The notes below the pieces were generated by a model. The model was not told the DNA's origin. It ran no database searches and worked only from the letters and a program-made list of their open reading frames with translations. Positions 10,644 through 23,345 of a stretch of DNA of 64,000 nucleotides are shown in pieces. This DNA is from Prasinococcaceae sp. CCMP 1430. Taxonomy: Eukaryota; Plantae; Prasinodermophyta. The stretch lies in contig RQSC01000025.1 in NCBI GenBank assembly GCA_013416795.1, positions 314,137-378,136 of the forward strand, in the 5' to 3' direction. The position numbers and the translations under genes are program-made. Every line of letters starts with the position of its first letter. Positions within the stretch are counted from its first letter, which is position 1.

Positions 10644-11420
10644 CTACACCGCGACGACGCCGATGACGCCCGCGAACGCTCCAAGCAGCACGCCGAAGGC
10701 GAGGCCGCGGATGCCGATGCGTATCAGACCGAGCAGAAAACTGCTATCGACGATGCTCCCGGCGGCTGCGTCCCAGTCGTCCTCGCGCGTGGCACTCGGA
10801 CCGACGCGTGCGCTCTCGCCCTTGTCAGCCCGAGCAGACAGCACCACCGAGTCGTTGCTCAGCGTTGACTGTGCCAGCGCAGCAGCAGCCGCCGCGGCGG
10901 GCGCGCGCGCGCGAGCAGTCTCGCCCAGGGGGCGCGCACGCGGAGGTACCACCCCCAGGCGCGAGAGTGCCTCGTGACGAAGCGCCAATGGCGACCCTGC
11001 CTCCTCCTCGGCCTGCTGCTGCTGGTGGGCGGGGCTGGTGCGTGCGCCGTCTGCCTCGGCCCAGCCGCCACCGTCAGTGCCGCCGTGGCGGTCGTAGTAA
11101 GAGAGGAGGTGAGCCTGCCGCATCGCCATCGCGTTTCCTCCTGGGGCAGTCTCCGCTGCTGCCGCAGCGACGAGGGGGAGTGAGCCGCTGTCGGGAGGCA
11201 TCCACCTGCGCGCAGTGCGCGAGCCGCGCCTGCCCTTCGAGGAGCGGCGCAAGCACTTGGTGACGGACGGTCCCTGCTGCCCCCGCTGGGCGGCGATGCG
11301 GTAGTTGGGCTGTGCTTGGCGCCGGCGCGGGCGCGCGCGCGCCGCCTTTCGCCCCTCGGCCTCAACCGCGGCCGCTTGTGCAGCCGAGGCCGCCGCGGCT
11401 GCCGCCAACGAAGCCGCCAT
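10644..11420 (-). CDS. Hypothetical protein with C-terminal hydrophobic tail anchor
   Basis: ATG-initiated 258-aa ORF ending GLAFGVLLGAFAGVIGVVAV*; no recognisable domain. Confidence 0.45.
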   Translation of the reverse strand: MAASLAAAAAASAAQAAAVEAEGRKAARARPRRRQAQPNYRIAAQRGQQGPSVTKCLRRSSKGRRGSRTARRWMPPDSGSLPLVAAAAAETAPGGNAMAMRQAHLLSYYDRHGGTDGGGWAEADGARTSPAHQQQQAEEEAGSPLALRHEALSRLGVVPPRARPLGETARARAPAAAAAAALAQSTLSNDSVVLSARADKGESARVGPSATREDDWDAAAGSIVDSSFLLGLIRIGIRGLAFGVLLGAFAGVIGVVAV

Positions 11421-11967
11421 CGCACTGCGGGGCGGGGAGCTGCAGCAGGCGCAGTCAATTGTCGTGCGAAGCCCTGCTACTCGTGCGCCGTCGTCCCCGC
11501 TCCTGCTCGCCGGATCGCCTGCGCGCGCCGCGCGGGGCGCGACACTCGGGCCTCGGCCGCCCTGGGAGCAGGCCAGTCCGCCTGGGGGGCGCGCTGCGCG
11601 CCAGCTGTGGCGCGCCCCCGCCGGACGCGCGCGCCGCGCCCGCCGGCGCCGCGCGTCAACCCGCCAGCAGCGCCGAGTCAATGCGCTCATTGCTGACCGG
11701 TTGACAGCGTACGAGGGCGGGCCGAACGGGCCGTTCGCCGCACGTGGCAGATTTGGCGCCGCCCGCGCCAGGCTGTAAAACGCTGATGACTCACCATCTC
11801 ATCAGCGCCGGTGTTTGCAGCCTGCGCATCCCCCGGCATGAGGCCAACAATTTGACAGCCCGACGCCACACCGCGGTCGAGCCGATTTGTCTCGCGGGGC
11901 GGGAAATCGAAACAATGTGGAGTTTGCAACCGAGTTCACGGCCACAGCCACTGCCCAATTCGACGCA

Positions 11968-12491
11968 TTATCGCAGCGGAAGTCTGCTGATGTCAAGGGT
12001 GGACCTGAGCACAACGGGATTCCTGAGGACCCGCGCCCACGTGCGCGAATCCGGCGATGGCTTTGATGCGCTGATTGAACGGATCCAACCGTCGGATGAT
12101 GGACTCCGGGCGACTGCAGCAGCTGGCCTCGCCGGCGCGCGTGCGCTCGGGCCGGCGCCGCCGCGGCGGCGCCAAGGGGCACGCTCTTGACAGGTGGGAG
12201 GCGCGCGGCACGGCAAACGGGCGCGCGCCCCACGGCGCGAGAGTGTGCACGCGCACGTGCTCTCTCTCCGTCCGTCGCGTCCTCCAAGCAAAAAAAGGCA
12301 TGGAGGGCAAGCAAGAAGGCGCAACACAGCAACACTCGCAGCGCGCAGGGCAAACTGGGGCATGCGCGTGCGTGTGTCATGCCTCGTGTGTCCAGGCTGC
12401 AACGCTCTTGCCATGCGCTCTGCGGGTCACAGCATGAGCAGACGTCGACGCGCCCGTCGGGCGCCCGTGGGCGCACGTCGATGTTCAGCAT
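11968..12491 (-). CDS. Possible small spliced gene (MLNID|SAWQERC...); 3' exon structure uncertain
   Basis: ATG at 12491, GTGCGC donor at 12476, TGACCCGCAG acceptor at 12420; divergent from the SNARE across an AT-rich spacer. Confidence 0.25.
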
Positions 12492-12733
12492 TTTCCGCCG
12501 CTGCTGCCAGTGCGCTCGCGCGCGGCCCGACCCGGGTCTGCGCCGAAATGACCAGGTGTACACGAAAAAGATCCGTACTATTTTCGAAAACGGCTGCCAA
12601 AACGGGTCTGAAGAAGAAGAAGCCTGGGCACGGGTGCAAAGCGCGTGGGCAGCCGGGCGCGTGCGCGCTGCCGCACGCCACACGCCGCGCCGCGGAGGAG
12701 CCCCCCCCAGGGCGGAGGCGCGGGCCCGAGGCG

Positions 12734-13099
12734 ATGGCAGCGTACGGCGGTGCGCGGCACCGGCCCAGCGCGGCGGACGCGGCCGGCGAGGGTCCGGGCC
12801 ACGTCTCCGTGCGCGTGGACATGCTACGCGACGAAACCGACCAGCACATCGACTCGCTGCGCGCGCGCGTCGGCGCGCTCAAGTCTCTCACCCACCGCAT
12901 CGACGAGGAGACGCAACAGCAGGCAGCGCTCGCCGACAGGCTGCAAGCGGCCGTCGAGAAGACGCAGGCCGCAATGTCGCGCACGATGCGCCGCGTCGAC
13001 AAGGCCATGGCGAGCGGTGGCACGAACTCCATCATCATCGTCATGCTCTTCGCGCTGGCCCTCTTTCTGGGCATCTACCTGCTCTCCAAGCTCGTGTAG
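12734..13099 (+). CDS. Bet1/Sft1-like Qc-SNARE
   Basis: 121 aa; SNARE heptad IDSLRARVGALKSLTHRIDEETQQQ followed by a C-terminal TM helix. Confidence 0.85.
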   Translation: MAAYGGARHRPSAADAAGEGPGHVSVRVDMLRDETDQHIDSLRARVGALKSLTHRIDEETQQQAALADRLQAAVEKTQAAMSRTMRRVDKAMASGGTNSIIIVMLFALALFLGIYLLSKLV

Positions 13100-13751
13100 A
13101 CGAAGCACGCATGCCTCTAATTACGCGTTGCCCAGGCTGGCCAGCCGCGCGAGCGAGGGCGAGGGCCCGCGATGCACCCGAGGCTGCTGGCATGCGCCCC
13201 CACGCGCGCGGCATAATCAAAGTAGTGATGCACGCCCACTCCCGTCCTCCCTGCCTCCCCTCCGTCGCTCGCTCGCTCGCTCGCTCGCTCGCGCCGATCT
13301 CGCTCGCTGCTGGCGGGGCATGCGTGACGCTCCCAGGCCCTGAGTGCCTCTTTTCCCGCCTGTGCTCAGACGCAGAGCACACGCATGGCGCCCTCCGCGT
13401 GCCACACCGCGGGCGGGGGCGCGCGCGCGTGAAGCAGCGCGCCGCTGCCCAAACGCGTGGCTCTGGAGGGCGCGCTCCATACGCGCGGCGACGCGTGCCT
13501 TGCGCACTGGCGTCACGGCCCTCGCCGGCCCGGCGCCGCGGCTCGTGCGCGGGCATGCGCAAGCGCACGCAAGCATGCGCGGACGAGCGCGTGCGCAGGC
13601 GGACACGCGCGCGGTGGCGCGCACTCGCTCGCCCTCAAACCCGCACATGCATGCATATGTGCACCCACACGCACACGCACGCACGCGAACACGGACGGGC
13701 AGACGCGCGCACCGACGCGCGCGGGTGTGCGCCTTGTTGCTCCCCGAAACG

Positions 13752-14724
13752 ATGCCCGTAGCGCAGCGCTTCCAGATTGCGCTCGCTCTTGCAGCGCTGT
13801 CAGGCGCGCTGTTCGTCGCGAGCACACCACGCGCCCGCCTTCCCCCTTGGTTGGTGAAGTGGGCAATCGCGTGCGCGCGCGCATGCTCGCGCACGCGAGC
13901 GTGGCAAGCGTGCGCGCGGGTATGCAAGCGGGCGGCCGTGCCGCTACGCGCGCTCGCGAAGCGTGCACTCTCTGGGGTCGCAGCAGACCTAAAGGCGCTC
14001 GACGTTGACACCCACGCAGCCAAGGGCGAAAGCAAGGCGGGCGACCAAGGTATGCGCGAGTGCACACACCGCCCAGGCGCCGCATGCTCCAGTGCGAAAG
14101 CGCGCGCCGCTCGCCCCTCGTTTGCCAACCTCCTGACGCACCTTCGCATGCACGCGCACACGCGCAACTGCACGCACGCAAGCCTCGCCCGCCCAAGCCG
14201 GGAAAGGCGGCGCAGCCGCGCAGGCTGCGGAGCTTTCCGTGGCTGCCGACGAGCTCGAGAAGGTGGTGGTTGCGATCGCGTCCACCCGGAAGACGCTCGA
14301 TGCCCGCGCGCACGCACGAAAGGACGCCAAAGCCCACGCACAGGGGCAACCACACGACAGCAAGGGCGCGGCTGCGCAGCAGGAGGCTGAGGCTGCGGCC
14401 GCACAGCCAGGGGGGGAGGACAAGAGCGGCGGTGACGGTGCAGGGAGCAATGTAGACAGGTGCGTGGGGCGTTGTGTGTGCCCGCAGACGTGTGTGTACC
14501 TCCGTAGAGGACGGCTCGCAGCTTCTGACTCACTCGAGCGCGGGGGCACACGCGCGGCGCGGCTACGCGCGCGCGCGCGTAGAAGCGAGCCGCCCTTCGG
14601 TGGTGAGGATGGCAAGGATGGCACGAGCGCAGAGGACACGGACGCGTCAAAGGGCAAGGATGGGCCAGGTCGTGCTCGAGGCGCCGCCGCAGATGGGACC
14701 TTCTTCACGGACGTTCGCGACTGA
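13752..14724 (+). CDS. Hypothetical multi-exon protein; model uncertain
   Basis: Hydrophobic N-terminal stretch; intron-like segments 14050-14223 and 14460-14507; coding-like exon AAELSVAADELEKVVVAIASTRK. Confidence 0.35.
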
Positions 14725-15606
14725 GCGCAATCCCCGCGCGCATGCACGTGGCCTCGCGTGGACAGCGACAGTGACGGCGCGAATCGCAGCACGGCATTCT
14801 TATTTCAAGCCCGCACATTGCCACTCCCAAGGCCTCCCCGCGTCCCTCGCACGCAAGCACGCTCGCTCGCCCCGTGGCACCGCGAACGCCCGCGAGAGGC
14901 GGTGCGGCCACGCGCCTTCGTCGCCTCCAGCCCTCGCATCTCTCGACGCCCGCGCGCCGCGGCATCGCACGAGCGGGTGCAGCAGCAGCGCCGCCCGCTC
15001 ACCCCTTGCTTCCCCGCTTGCCGCTCCCTGCTCGGCGCACGCGCCCGCGCCGCGGCGCGCGGCTCATACGAAATGCACGATACCATGGTCAAAATGAATG
15101 TGCTCGCGCACGCGCACCGACTTGATGTGCGCCAGAAGTCGACGCTTTCAGATTGATGTGTCCAAAATCGCGCGGGGGTGCCGTTGCTCGCCCCACGCCC
15201 CGCTCGGCGGCCACATCGCGCGCGGCGCGGGGCGGGGCGCCGCCATCACACGCTCGGGGGGCGCCCGCCCAAGTGCGCGCGACGCGCGCAGCGTGCGCGG
15301 CCGGGCGGCGCACACGCCGTCGCCACCACGCCGGCAATCGGTCGCGCTGCAATGGTGTGCGCTGCGAGCGCGCCCCGCGCGCGTGCCCGACGTTCGGCGT
15401 CCTTGGGCTCTCCCTGGGGCGTCTGCGCGAGAGCACGGGCGGAGGGACCGCACCGCACTTCTTTTCTTAGGGTTGGTGGTGACTGACGCGTGCGTGCTCA
15501 ATCCTGCGCCCACCCCGGGCCCGTTGGCGACGCATGCGCGCCTCATGACGCGTCGCGCGTCGCGCGCGCCGCGAATGGCCCCGGAACGCCCGCCCACGCC
15601 CAACAG

Positions 15607-16875
15607 ATGATGCAAAACGAGGGGATGCTGCACAATGATCTGCTCACTCTGTATGACGGTGACGAGGGACGCCTGAGGAAGGTGACGGAGGGGGACGCTG
15701 CCCCCACTGCCGACGGGGGCGGTGGCGGCGACGCTGGCGTCGCGGTGGCAGGAGGTGGTGGCGTCGCTGCGGCTGAGGCTCCAGAGCAGGGACAGGCCGC
15801 CCCTGCCCTCACTTTGGAACAGCAGGTGCAACTCGCTGCGGAGAAGGTTCAGGCGCAGGGCGACGTTGCTCCTATGGACGTGGAGGCGCCCACGCAGACG
15901 CCTGCGGCTGCTGCGCCGGGCGGACTCGTTGTCAGCCTTACGGAGCCGCCGGTAGATGCAGAGGTGATTCACCCACCCTTGGTGGCGCCGGCCCCGGCGC
16001 CGGCGGATGGTGCGGCTCCCGAGGGCGCGCCCGACGAGCAGAAGGAGAAGCAGATGAAGGAGCTGGCGAAGCCAGACACGCTCAAGGCAGCTGGCGTCGA
16101 CGAGCGCAATGAGGCGCAGGCGCTGCTGGAGCAGTACCAATTCGTGTCCGCCGAGGAGCAGGACGAGCGGCGGCGCGGCGAGCGGGAGAGTCGCGAGGCG
16201 GAGAAAACGACAGTGGCTGATCCGAAGACGCTGCGCGCGCGCGTGGACCGCGCTGCGCGCGAGCGCGGACTCTCCTCCGTCCACTTGGACTGCCTGCGGT
16301 TGCACGGGCTGGCCATCGAGCACCTATATAATGGCCTCCTCCACAAGGCCATCGCAATGTGCGAGCACAGCCGCGGCGAGGGCGACCATGAGCTGCCGCA
16401 GATGCATCGCGAGACCACCTCGAACGTGTCGCGTGCTTTGCGTATGGTGGAGAGGCGCGAGCAGTTGAACGCCGAGCACCTGGAGCAGGAGCGCAAGCTG
16501 GCGGAGGCCAACCGCAAGCGCCCGCGCGAGGACGAGGACCCCGAGGAGGCTGCGCTGCGTGAGAAGCAGCGCCAGGAAGAAGAGGCGCGCAAGCACTCGA
16601 AGGTAGTGAACGAGGTGGCGTTCGCGGCCACGGGCATGCAGGCGGACATGAGCAGATGGACTGCGGCCGCCAAGGCCGCGCAAGGCAAAGGCGAGGACAA
16701 GGGCGCGGCTGGGGGCAGCAGCGCGGCCGGGGACGTGGGCGGCGCAGGCGAGTCGGACGATCAACCGCCTCAGCGCAAGCGCGTCATCACCCTGGCGACG
16801 CTCATCGCCGTGCTGCAGCGCGAGCCCATGGGCGCCCGCAGCTCGCTGCTCTCGCGCCGGAGGTACATGTCGTGA
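15607..16875 (+). CDS. TAF4: TFIID subunit TAF4
   Basis: AAGVDERNE motif, histone-fold region, N..A..A.G...RW motif, C-terminal RVITLATLIAVLQREP...SSLL. Confidence 0.85.
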   Translation: MMQNEGMLHNDLLTLYDGDEGRLRKVTEGDAAPTADGGGGGDAGVAVAGGGGVAAAEAPEQGQAAPALTLEQQVQLAAEKVQAQGDVAPMDVEAPTQTPAAAAPGGLVVSLTEPPVDAEVIHPPLVAPAPAPADGAAPEGAPDEQKEKQMKELAKPDTLKAAGVDERNEAQALLEQYQFVSAEEQDERRRGERESREAEKTTVADPKTLRARVDRAARERGLSSVHLDCLRLHGLAIEHLYNGLLHKAIAMCEHSRGEGDHELPQMHRETTSNVSRALRMVERREQLNAEHLEQERKLAEANRKRPREDEDPEEAALREKQRQEEEARKHSKVVNEVAFAATGMQADMSRWTAAAKAAQGKGEDKGAAGGSSAAGDVGGAGESDDQPPQRKRVITLATLIAVLQREPMGARSSLLSRRRYMS

Positions 16876-17339
16876 CGTCATCCACATAATTAAACGCCCG
16901 ACGCTTTGGCGCGTTCGCATGTCCCGCGGCGTTGCACCTCACTCCTTCGCGGCGCGGCGACGCGCTGGTCCGCTACGGCTCCCCCGCACCTGCGCCGCTC
17001 CCCTCCCCCCCCCCCTCCCGCTCTCCTCCCCTCCCGTCCGGTGGCAGTGCGGCGCGGCCGTCGTTTCGACCGGGTCTAAATTTGCTTCTGCTAGTGCGGT
17101 CAACAGACCCCGTCGGTCCGTTCTGCTGGCGCAATCGCGCACGAAAACCGGTGCGCAGAGCGAGTCGCGGGCGGGCCAAAGCGCGCGCGGCCCGCAGGGC
17201 TGTGCGCGGGGCCGCTCGCCAGCCTTGCCTCCCCTGCCCCCTTCCCCCCCTACCCCCTCCCCACTTCTTAGTTTTGCCCCTCCTCTCGCGCCACCGGGGG
17301 GGCACCGCGCGCGGGCAGGCGGGAGCGCCGCTGCGCGCG

Positions 17340-20166
17340 ATGTTTGATGAGCGAGAGCCGCTCATGCGGCGCGAGCGCGGCCGTGCGAGCACGCGCCGAG
17401 CGGCGGCGGTGGTCGCAGCAGCGTGTGTTGGCGCGATGATCGGCTACGCGCTCACCACGGACTCGATGCTTGCCACAGAGGCGCGGATAGCCACGGAGGT
17501 CCGTGCGGCGCCGCGCTGCGCTGTGTGGCTCGCGGGCGCTCATTTCACAGCGCGGGCGGCGCTGCCGTCTGTGTGTTCATGCACGCACATGGCTGCATCG
17601 TGGCGCGCATTGCCGTGGGACGCCAGCGTCTACGCCCGCTCAGCGCCCGCGCTGACTGTACGCGCGCCACGCCGCACCGCACAATGTGCACCGGGTGGGT
17701 CTCCCACCGCGATCGGTGCTCGTGGCCGTGCCTGTGCTTGCGTTCACATCCGCGTCTGGGCACTTGATTGGCGTGCGCGCACATGCGCGTGCTTGCGCAC
17801 CTGGGCTGCGTCTCCGCTTGTGCGCACGCACATGCTTGCGCGCGCTGCTGCACAGGCGCGTGCGAGTGCCGAAGAGGCCGCAGCGACCGTTGCAGTGCTG
17901 CAAGAGCGCTTCGTCATTGCGGGTGCTCAGCGCGAGGCGATGGATCAGCGCATGCGCACCTTCGAGGGCCAATCGCAGCAGGGGCAGGCGCAAGCGCAGC
18001 CACAAGTCGCGGCGCAGGCTCAAGCGCAGGCACCGGCTGCAGCTGCTGTGCAAGCAAAGCCTCCGCCACCGAAGAAAGAGGTCGCAGGAGATGGGGGTTA
18101 TAGGTACCCCTCCCTGAAGTCGAAGGAGGAGCGTGAGAAGGCGCTCGGGGGGGAGGCCCGCACGCAGCTGAGTGTCGCGAACGATCTCGACGTGCCTGCC
18201 GATCTGCGTAAGCTCGGCATCGAGCGCGGCAAGGACGTCTTCGTGACGTTCGCGACGGGATCTTTGAAGGCGTTTGCCTTCAATTGGGTGCACTACGTGC
18301 AGCGCAGCAACCTATCGCCGTACATGATCGGGGCTCTAGACACGACGATGTATGACCTGTGCGTGGCCAAGGGCATCCCAACTTACATGGTCAACGGCAG
18401 CGACATCCTCACGAAGCGGGATGTGACGTACTTTAAGCCAGGCTCGCCGGTCTTCAAAAAGATGGGCACCGTCAAGACCAAGTTCATCCTCGAGATGCTG
18501 CGCATGGGCCTCAACCCGATTCTGTCCGACGCCGATGTCATGTGGCTTCGTGACCCGCGCGAGCACTTCAAGCACGGCACGTACTCCGAGGCCGATGTCC
18601 TGATCTCGACCGACTGCATCGACTTGCCAGCAGACCACCGGGATGAAGGCGGCTGTGCGCACGTCAACTTCAATACAGGGATCCTGCACTTCAAGGCCAC
18701 GAACAAGTCGAGGGAGTTCGTGAGGAAGTGGCACGAGACCATCGTCTCGCATCTCGACCAGCGCTGGATGAGGGATCAGCCTGCATTCAACCTGCTCATC
18801 CGCGACGAGACGGACATCGGCTTGAATTGGAAGAACGCGCCCAAGCCGCCGGAGGGTGAGCGTCGCGTGTTCGAGGTGGCCACCGGCACCGGCCATCCGG
18901 TGCGACTCGGGCCGCTGCCCAGCTGGCTCTTCGTTGGCGGCCACGTGTACTTCGTCCAGGAGCTCATGAAACACTGGGACGAGGGTCCCAGCGGGCTGCA
19001 CTTCGATGAGAAACCCTACGCTCTGCACATGACGTACCAGTACGGCGACTCCGGTGAATACCCATGGGGCAAGCGCCAGCGCCTTCGTTCGCTGGGCATG
19101 TGGCAGTTCGACCCGCCGAGCTACTACAGCGAGGGCAAGTTCATCACTGTCGCACCCGAGGCAGTGACGAAGCACCTGCCGCCCGTCGACGTGCCTCGCG
19201 GCGTTGACTCGCGCATACCTGTGAAGCTACACCTCGAGGAAGATGCATACCGCAGACCTGCTATCCAGTCGGCATTTGCAGTCGCTCAGGCGCTCAACCG
19301 CACACTCGTGCTTCCGCGAATGTACTGCTACGCGGACAACATCTGGAACAAGTACGTGATGCAGCAGTGTAGAGAGTGCCGCTGACTGCACGGCTATTTC
19401 AGCTTTGCGCTTGACGCGCGCGCCTCAGCGGCGCGCGTGCGCTTTGACCCTCAAGGCTCCCGAGCTCTGTCGCACATCAACATGCATGTGCAGCGCTGAC
19501 ACGACTGGCCGCTCCGCCTATCCGGGCGTGCTCTCGAACAGTCTCATCAACGGGCGGGCGCCCGGAGGCGAAGCGCAGGCCCTGCCTTTCGAGTGTCCAA
19601 TCGATCACATCTTCACGCTGGACACTTGGTTCCGCGGATCGTTCAAGGACAGGTTCCGCGAAGCAAAGTTCATGTCCAACCCCAATGTGCCCGACACAGT
19701 CAAGAACGACGTGGCGCGCGTTCAGGTGCTCCCGGGCGGCAAGGGGGAGCCCGTTGACGCTGCCGCCGAGGGGTACGCCACGGCGATCCGCGAGGGCCTC
19801 ACCGACGGCGAGCTGCGGGATGCACTGCGCGGCGTCGAGCACCACCGCGTACTTGAATTTTCATCCATTACCAAGGCGCTGTGCGGCTTCGAGAATGAGG
19901 TCGAAGCGAAGGCTTTCGACGACACCATGGAGTCCATGCTCAAGTACCGCATGTACTACTGTCCAACAGAGCCCTGGCGAGCGGCAGGGTCGCCGCGCCT
20001 GTCGCCGTGGCAGCCCGACATCGTCAAGCGCCACTGCGGCTTCACCGAGGCCGAGCTGTTGAGGGACGATCAGGTCCACCTCGGCGAGTTCGTCGACTCG
20101 GCTACTTGCTTTTGCGAGTTCGGCTTCAAGACGCCGACGCCGCTCGGGCAGTGCCAGCGATCCTGA
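17340..20166 (+). CDS. GT77 nucleotide-diphospho-sugar transferase, XEG113-like arabinosyltransferase
   Basis: Type II TM anchor, SDADVMWLRDP (DxD), NTG, DQPAFN, LNRTLVLPRMYCYAD, CPIDHIF; introns 17499-17855 and 19352-19541. Confidence 0.88.
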
Positions 20167-20224
20167 GCTCGACCATGCCCTGCCCGGACCCCTTTCCCCC
20201 TTGTATCTCTCCCAAAAAAATTCT

Positions 20225-20229
20225 TGTAA
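20225..20229 (+). terminator. TGTAA poly(A) signal (GT77 gene)
   Basis: About 60 nt after the stop codon. Confidence 0.55.
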
Positions 20230-20409
20230 TCTCGCCGCATGAGGCTGAATCACACAGCTCACGTGCTGACAGTGGCGCGCGTGAGAGAGAGATAGACACT
20301 GACTCGTTTCTCGAGCTCCATATTACTGTACAGTTGTGCGAAGTGCGCAGGTGGCTCCTGCACTCTTCCCCCCCACACACACACACACCCACCCACAAAA
20401 ATGTCACAG

Positions 20410-22477
20410 TTACGAATCGAGCGCTTTCATAATGCCCGAGCGGCCCATGAAAAGGAAAGAGAACGCCGTTCCGATGATCGTCATGAGCATGATGGCGCCA
20501 GCCACCAACCAGAAGAAGACAGGTGATCGCTCCTCCTCGTAGCCAGAATAGAGGTTCATGCCGAAGATTCCCGATATCATCGCTCCCAGTGCGAGGGGAA
20601 TCTGCACCAGCGCGAGCGCCACCTCGACCCTGCGAGCGCGCGAAGTCAGCACGCAGAATCAGGGGCCGGCGAATGTGGGTGGGCGGGTGGGCGGGGACGG
20701 GCAGTGAGTTCGAGCGCACGCGCAATGCCCACGGACTTGAGAATTTGGTTCCGCATGGTATCCAGCTTGAGCGAAAGCAGGTCCTCCGTGCTGTCAATCT
20801 CCTTCTCGAGCAGCTCCATGCGGTCGATGAGGTCCTCCATGTCCATAGCAGAGGCGTCGATGACCAACTCAGCGCGTTGCCCCATAATGCGCTTGTCCGC
20901 CTCGTGCTCGTCGTCGTGCAGTATGTTAGCTACCTCCTGCAGACGCGGATCGTTTGTGGGGGGCGAGGGGGTGCGTCAGCGTGCGCTGCGCGTGCACAAC
21001 GGAGCACAAGCAAAGATTCAGCCGAACGTACCTCCATGGCGATGAGGTCCTCTTTGTCCTGCAGGCGCTTCTCCAAGACCTCGTCCATATCCTGTACCAC
21101 GCTCCTGAGCTTGTTGGCCTCGCCTTTGTGCTGCTTGGTGATCTCGAGCGCACGCAGGCTGGTCTTTTTTGTGACGTCCTCGAGCGCACGGGCTAGCTCG
21201 ATCTCAGTTCTTTCCACGCGCTGCTGCAGCATGCGAACCGCCGCGCTGAGCAGCAGGTCGATCGCGCGCAGGCCGAACGGTAGCACGCTCGCCTCGCTCG
21301 CCAGGTCTGGCGCAATCATCTTGGCGTCCGCACTTCTGCTGCGCGTTACCTTGAAGGGCTCGCCGATGCCAGTACCATCCTCGTCGGCGCCAAGCGCATT
21401 CATCTCCACCTCTGACTTTCGCCCGGGCGGTGACTCGTCGCCCGCCAGACCTGACGCAGGGAGGTCAGAGGAGAAAGAGCGGCCCGGGCTCGCACCCACG
21501 AGGCCGAGCCCGCGCTTGCTATCCCGGCGTCGGGGCGTGCCTGTCTGCTCGGCGTCCGGCAGTGGGCCGTTCTCGGCCTCGAGGCGCGCATCCTCGGCGG
21601 CTTGCTTCAGGAAATCCACTAGCTGCCGGTACAGCGGCGGCAGGTTCTTCGGGATGGTGTCAGAGTTGCCTGCAACGTCCGGGGAGGAGTCGCGCGGCGG
21701 TGGATGCAGGTGATACGCTGAGCCTCGCGTGCTTTGCGCGCCGTCGCTGTCCATGGATGGCAGGACGATGTATACGCGGTCGGCGGTGACGAGCGCGTTG
21801 ACCTTCTCCAGACTGACGAGCACGCATCCGCGGCGGACGAGGAGCGCGCAGCTGCCCTGCGACACGCGGCGAGACGGGTTGACTCGGCGCAGTTCACCGA
21901 GTTCGAGGCCTGGCACGCGCAGCGACACGCCACCGGGGCCGCGCGCCCCGGCGTTCAGCTCTCGCAGCAGCGCAACGCGGCCCATCCGTCGGTGGCGCGC
22001 GGCGCCGCTGTCAGACACCTCGAGCACGCTGAGCTCGACCTGGTCGAGCTGCGATACTTGCAGTAGAGACAGCGAGCGTGCTGGGGTGTTCGGCAGAGCA
22101 CTCGACCCTCCGACGGGCATCGACGGCACGCGGATCGCGGGCAATGGCTGCGGCACCCGCAGCTGCGGCATGCCCCCGGCGGGCGCGCTCGCCTGGCGCT
22201 GCGACGAGAGGCTGCTCTCGCCAACCAGTCGAGCGTAGTTGCCGGCGCTAAAGGAGGCCGCTCCGGGCTCGTACGTGACCGCGCGCGCAGTCGACACACG
22301 TGCGCCGCCGCGACCCTGCGGCGGCCGCCCGAGCAGCCGGTCGCGCTCGCCGCTGCCGGCGCGCGGGGACTCCTCTCCTCCGTCGCCCCCACCGCCGCCG
22401 CCCGGAACATCCAGGTACCTCGCCGCAAAGCTGCTGCGCGAACCGGAGGACGCCATCCTGTCCGACGCGGAGCGCAT
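20410..22477 (-). CDS. MRS2: MRS2/CorA-family magnesium transporter
   Basis: ELRRVNP...LLVRRGCVLVSLEKVNALVTADRV, LPFGLRAID, IDSTEDLLSLKLDTMRNQI, GIFGMNL signature plus 2 TM helices; introns 20937-21031 and 20630-20736. Confidence 0.9.
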
Positions 22478-22647
22478 GGGTGGCTACGCCTCGCCGCCCC
22501 GCGCAAGCGCTGCGCGCCGGGCCTTACGGCCGTGGGGGCAGCAGAGAGACGGGGTTGAGGATGGGCGAGGAGCGTTGCGGTGCGGCCGCGTGGCGCCGCC
22601 CGCGCGCCACCGCGGCGGCGCCACGCGGCCGTGCCTCGTCCCGGCTA

Positions 22648-22796
<149 letters not shown>

Positions 22797-23105
22797 NNNN
22801 NNNNNNNNNNNNNNNNNNNNNNNNNNNNNNNNNNNNNNNNNNNNNNNNNNNNNNNNNNNNNNNNNNNNNNNNNNNNNGTGGCCGCGCCGCGGTGGCCCCA
22901 CTCGCGGTGCCGCGCCACTTTGCGCCCCCGCCGCACCGCCACCCTGCGCCGCAGAGGCGCAGAGGCGGCAGCGGCGGTCGCTGCCGGGGGGAGGGGTCTG
23001 CGCGAAAGCTGCAGGGCAGAGCGGCGGCTCGTGCGAGGCGCGTTCACGAGCGCGCGCGCCCACTGCTGGCGGGGCGGGGTGGTGGGACGCGCGCGGGCAG
23101 CGGCG

Positions 23106-23345
23106 ATGGCAGGCGAGCTTGACGTGCTGGCGGCGCGCGTGACCGAGGCGGAGCGCGCCGCCAATGCCCTCTTCATGGCGACGGGGGTCGCGCTCGTGAT
23201 GCTGATGCAGGCGGGCTTCGGCGCGCTGGAGGTGGGGGCGGTGCGTACCAAGAACACGCGCTCACTGATGCTCAAGAACGTGATTGACTTCAGCGTCGGC
23301 ACGATCATGTTCTGGCTGGTGGGGTACGGCGTGGCCTTCCCCGAC
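23106..23345 (+). CDS. AMT: Orphan 5' fragment of an ammonium transporter (AMT1 type)
   Basis: LVMLMQAGFGALEVGAVRTKNTRSLMLKNVID...FWLVGYGVAF; homology stops after about 80 aa. Confidence 0.8.
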
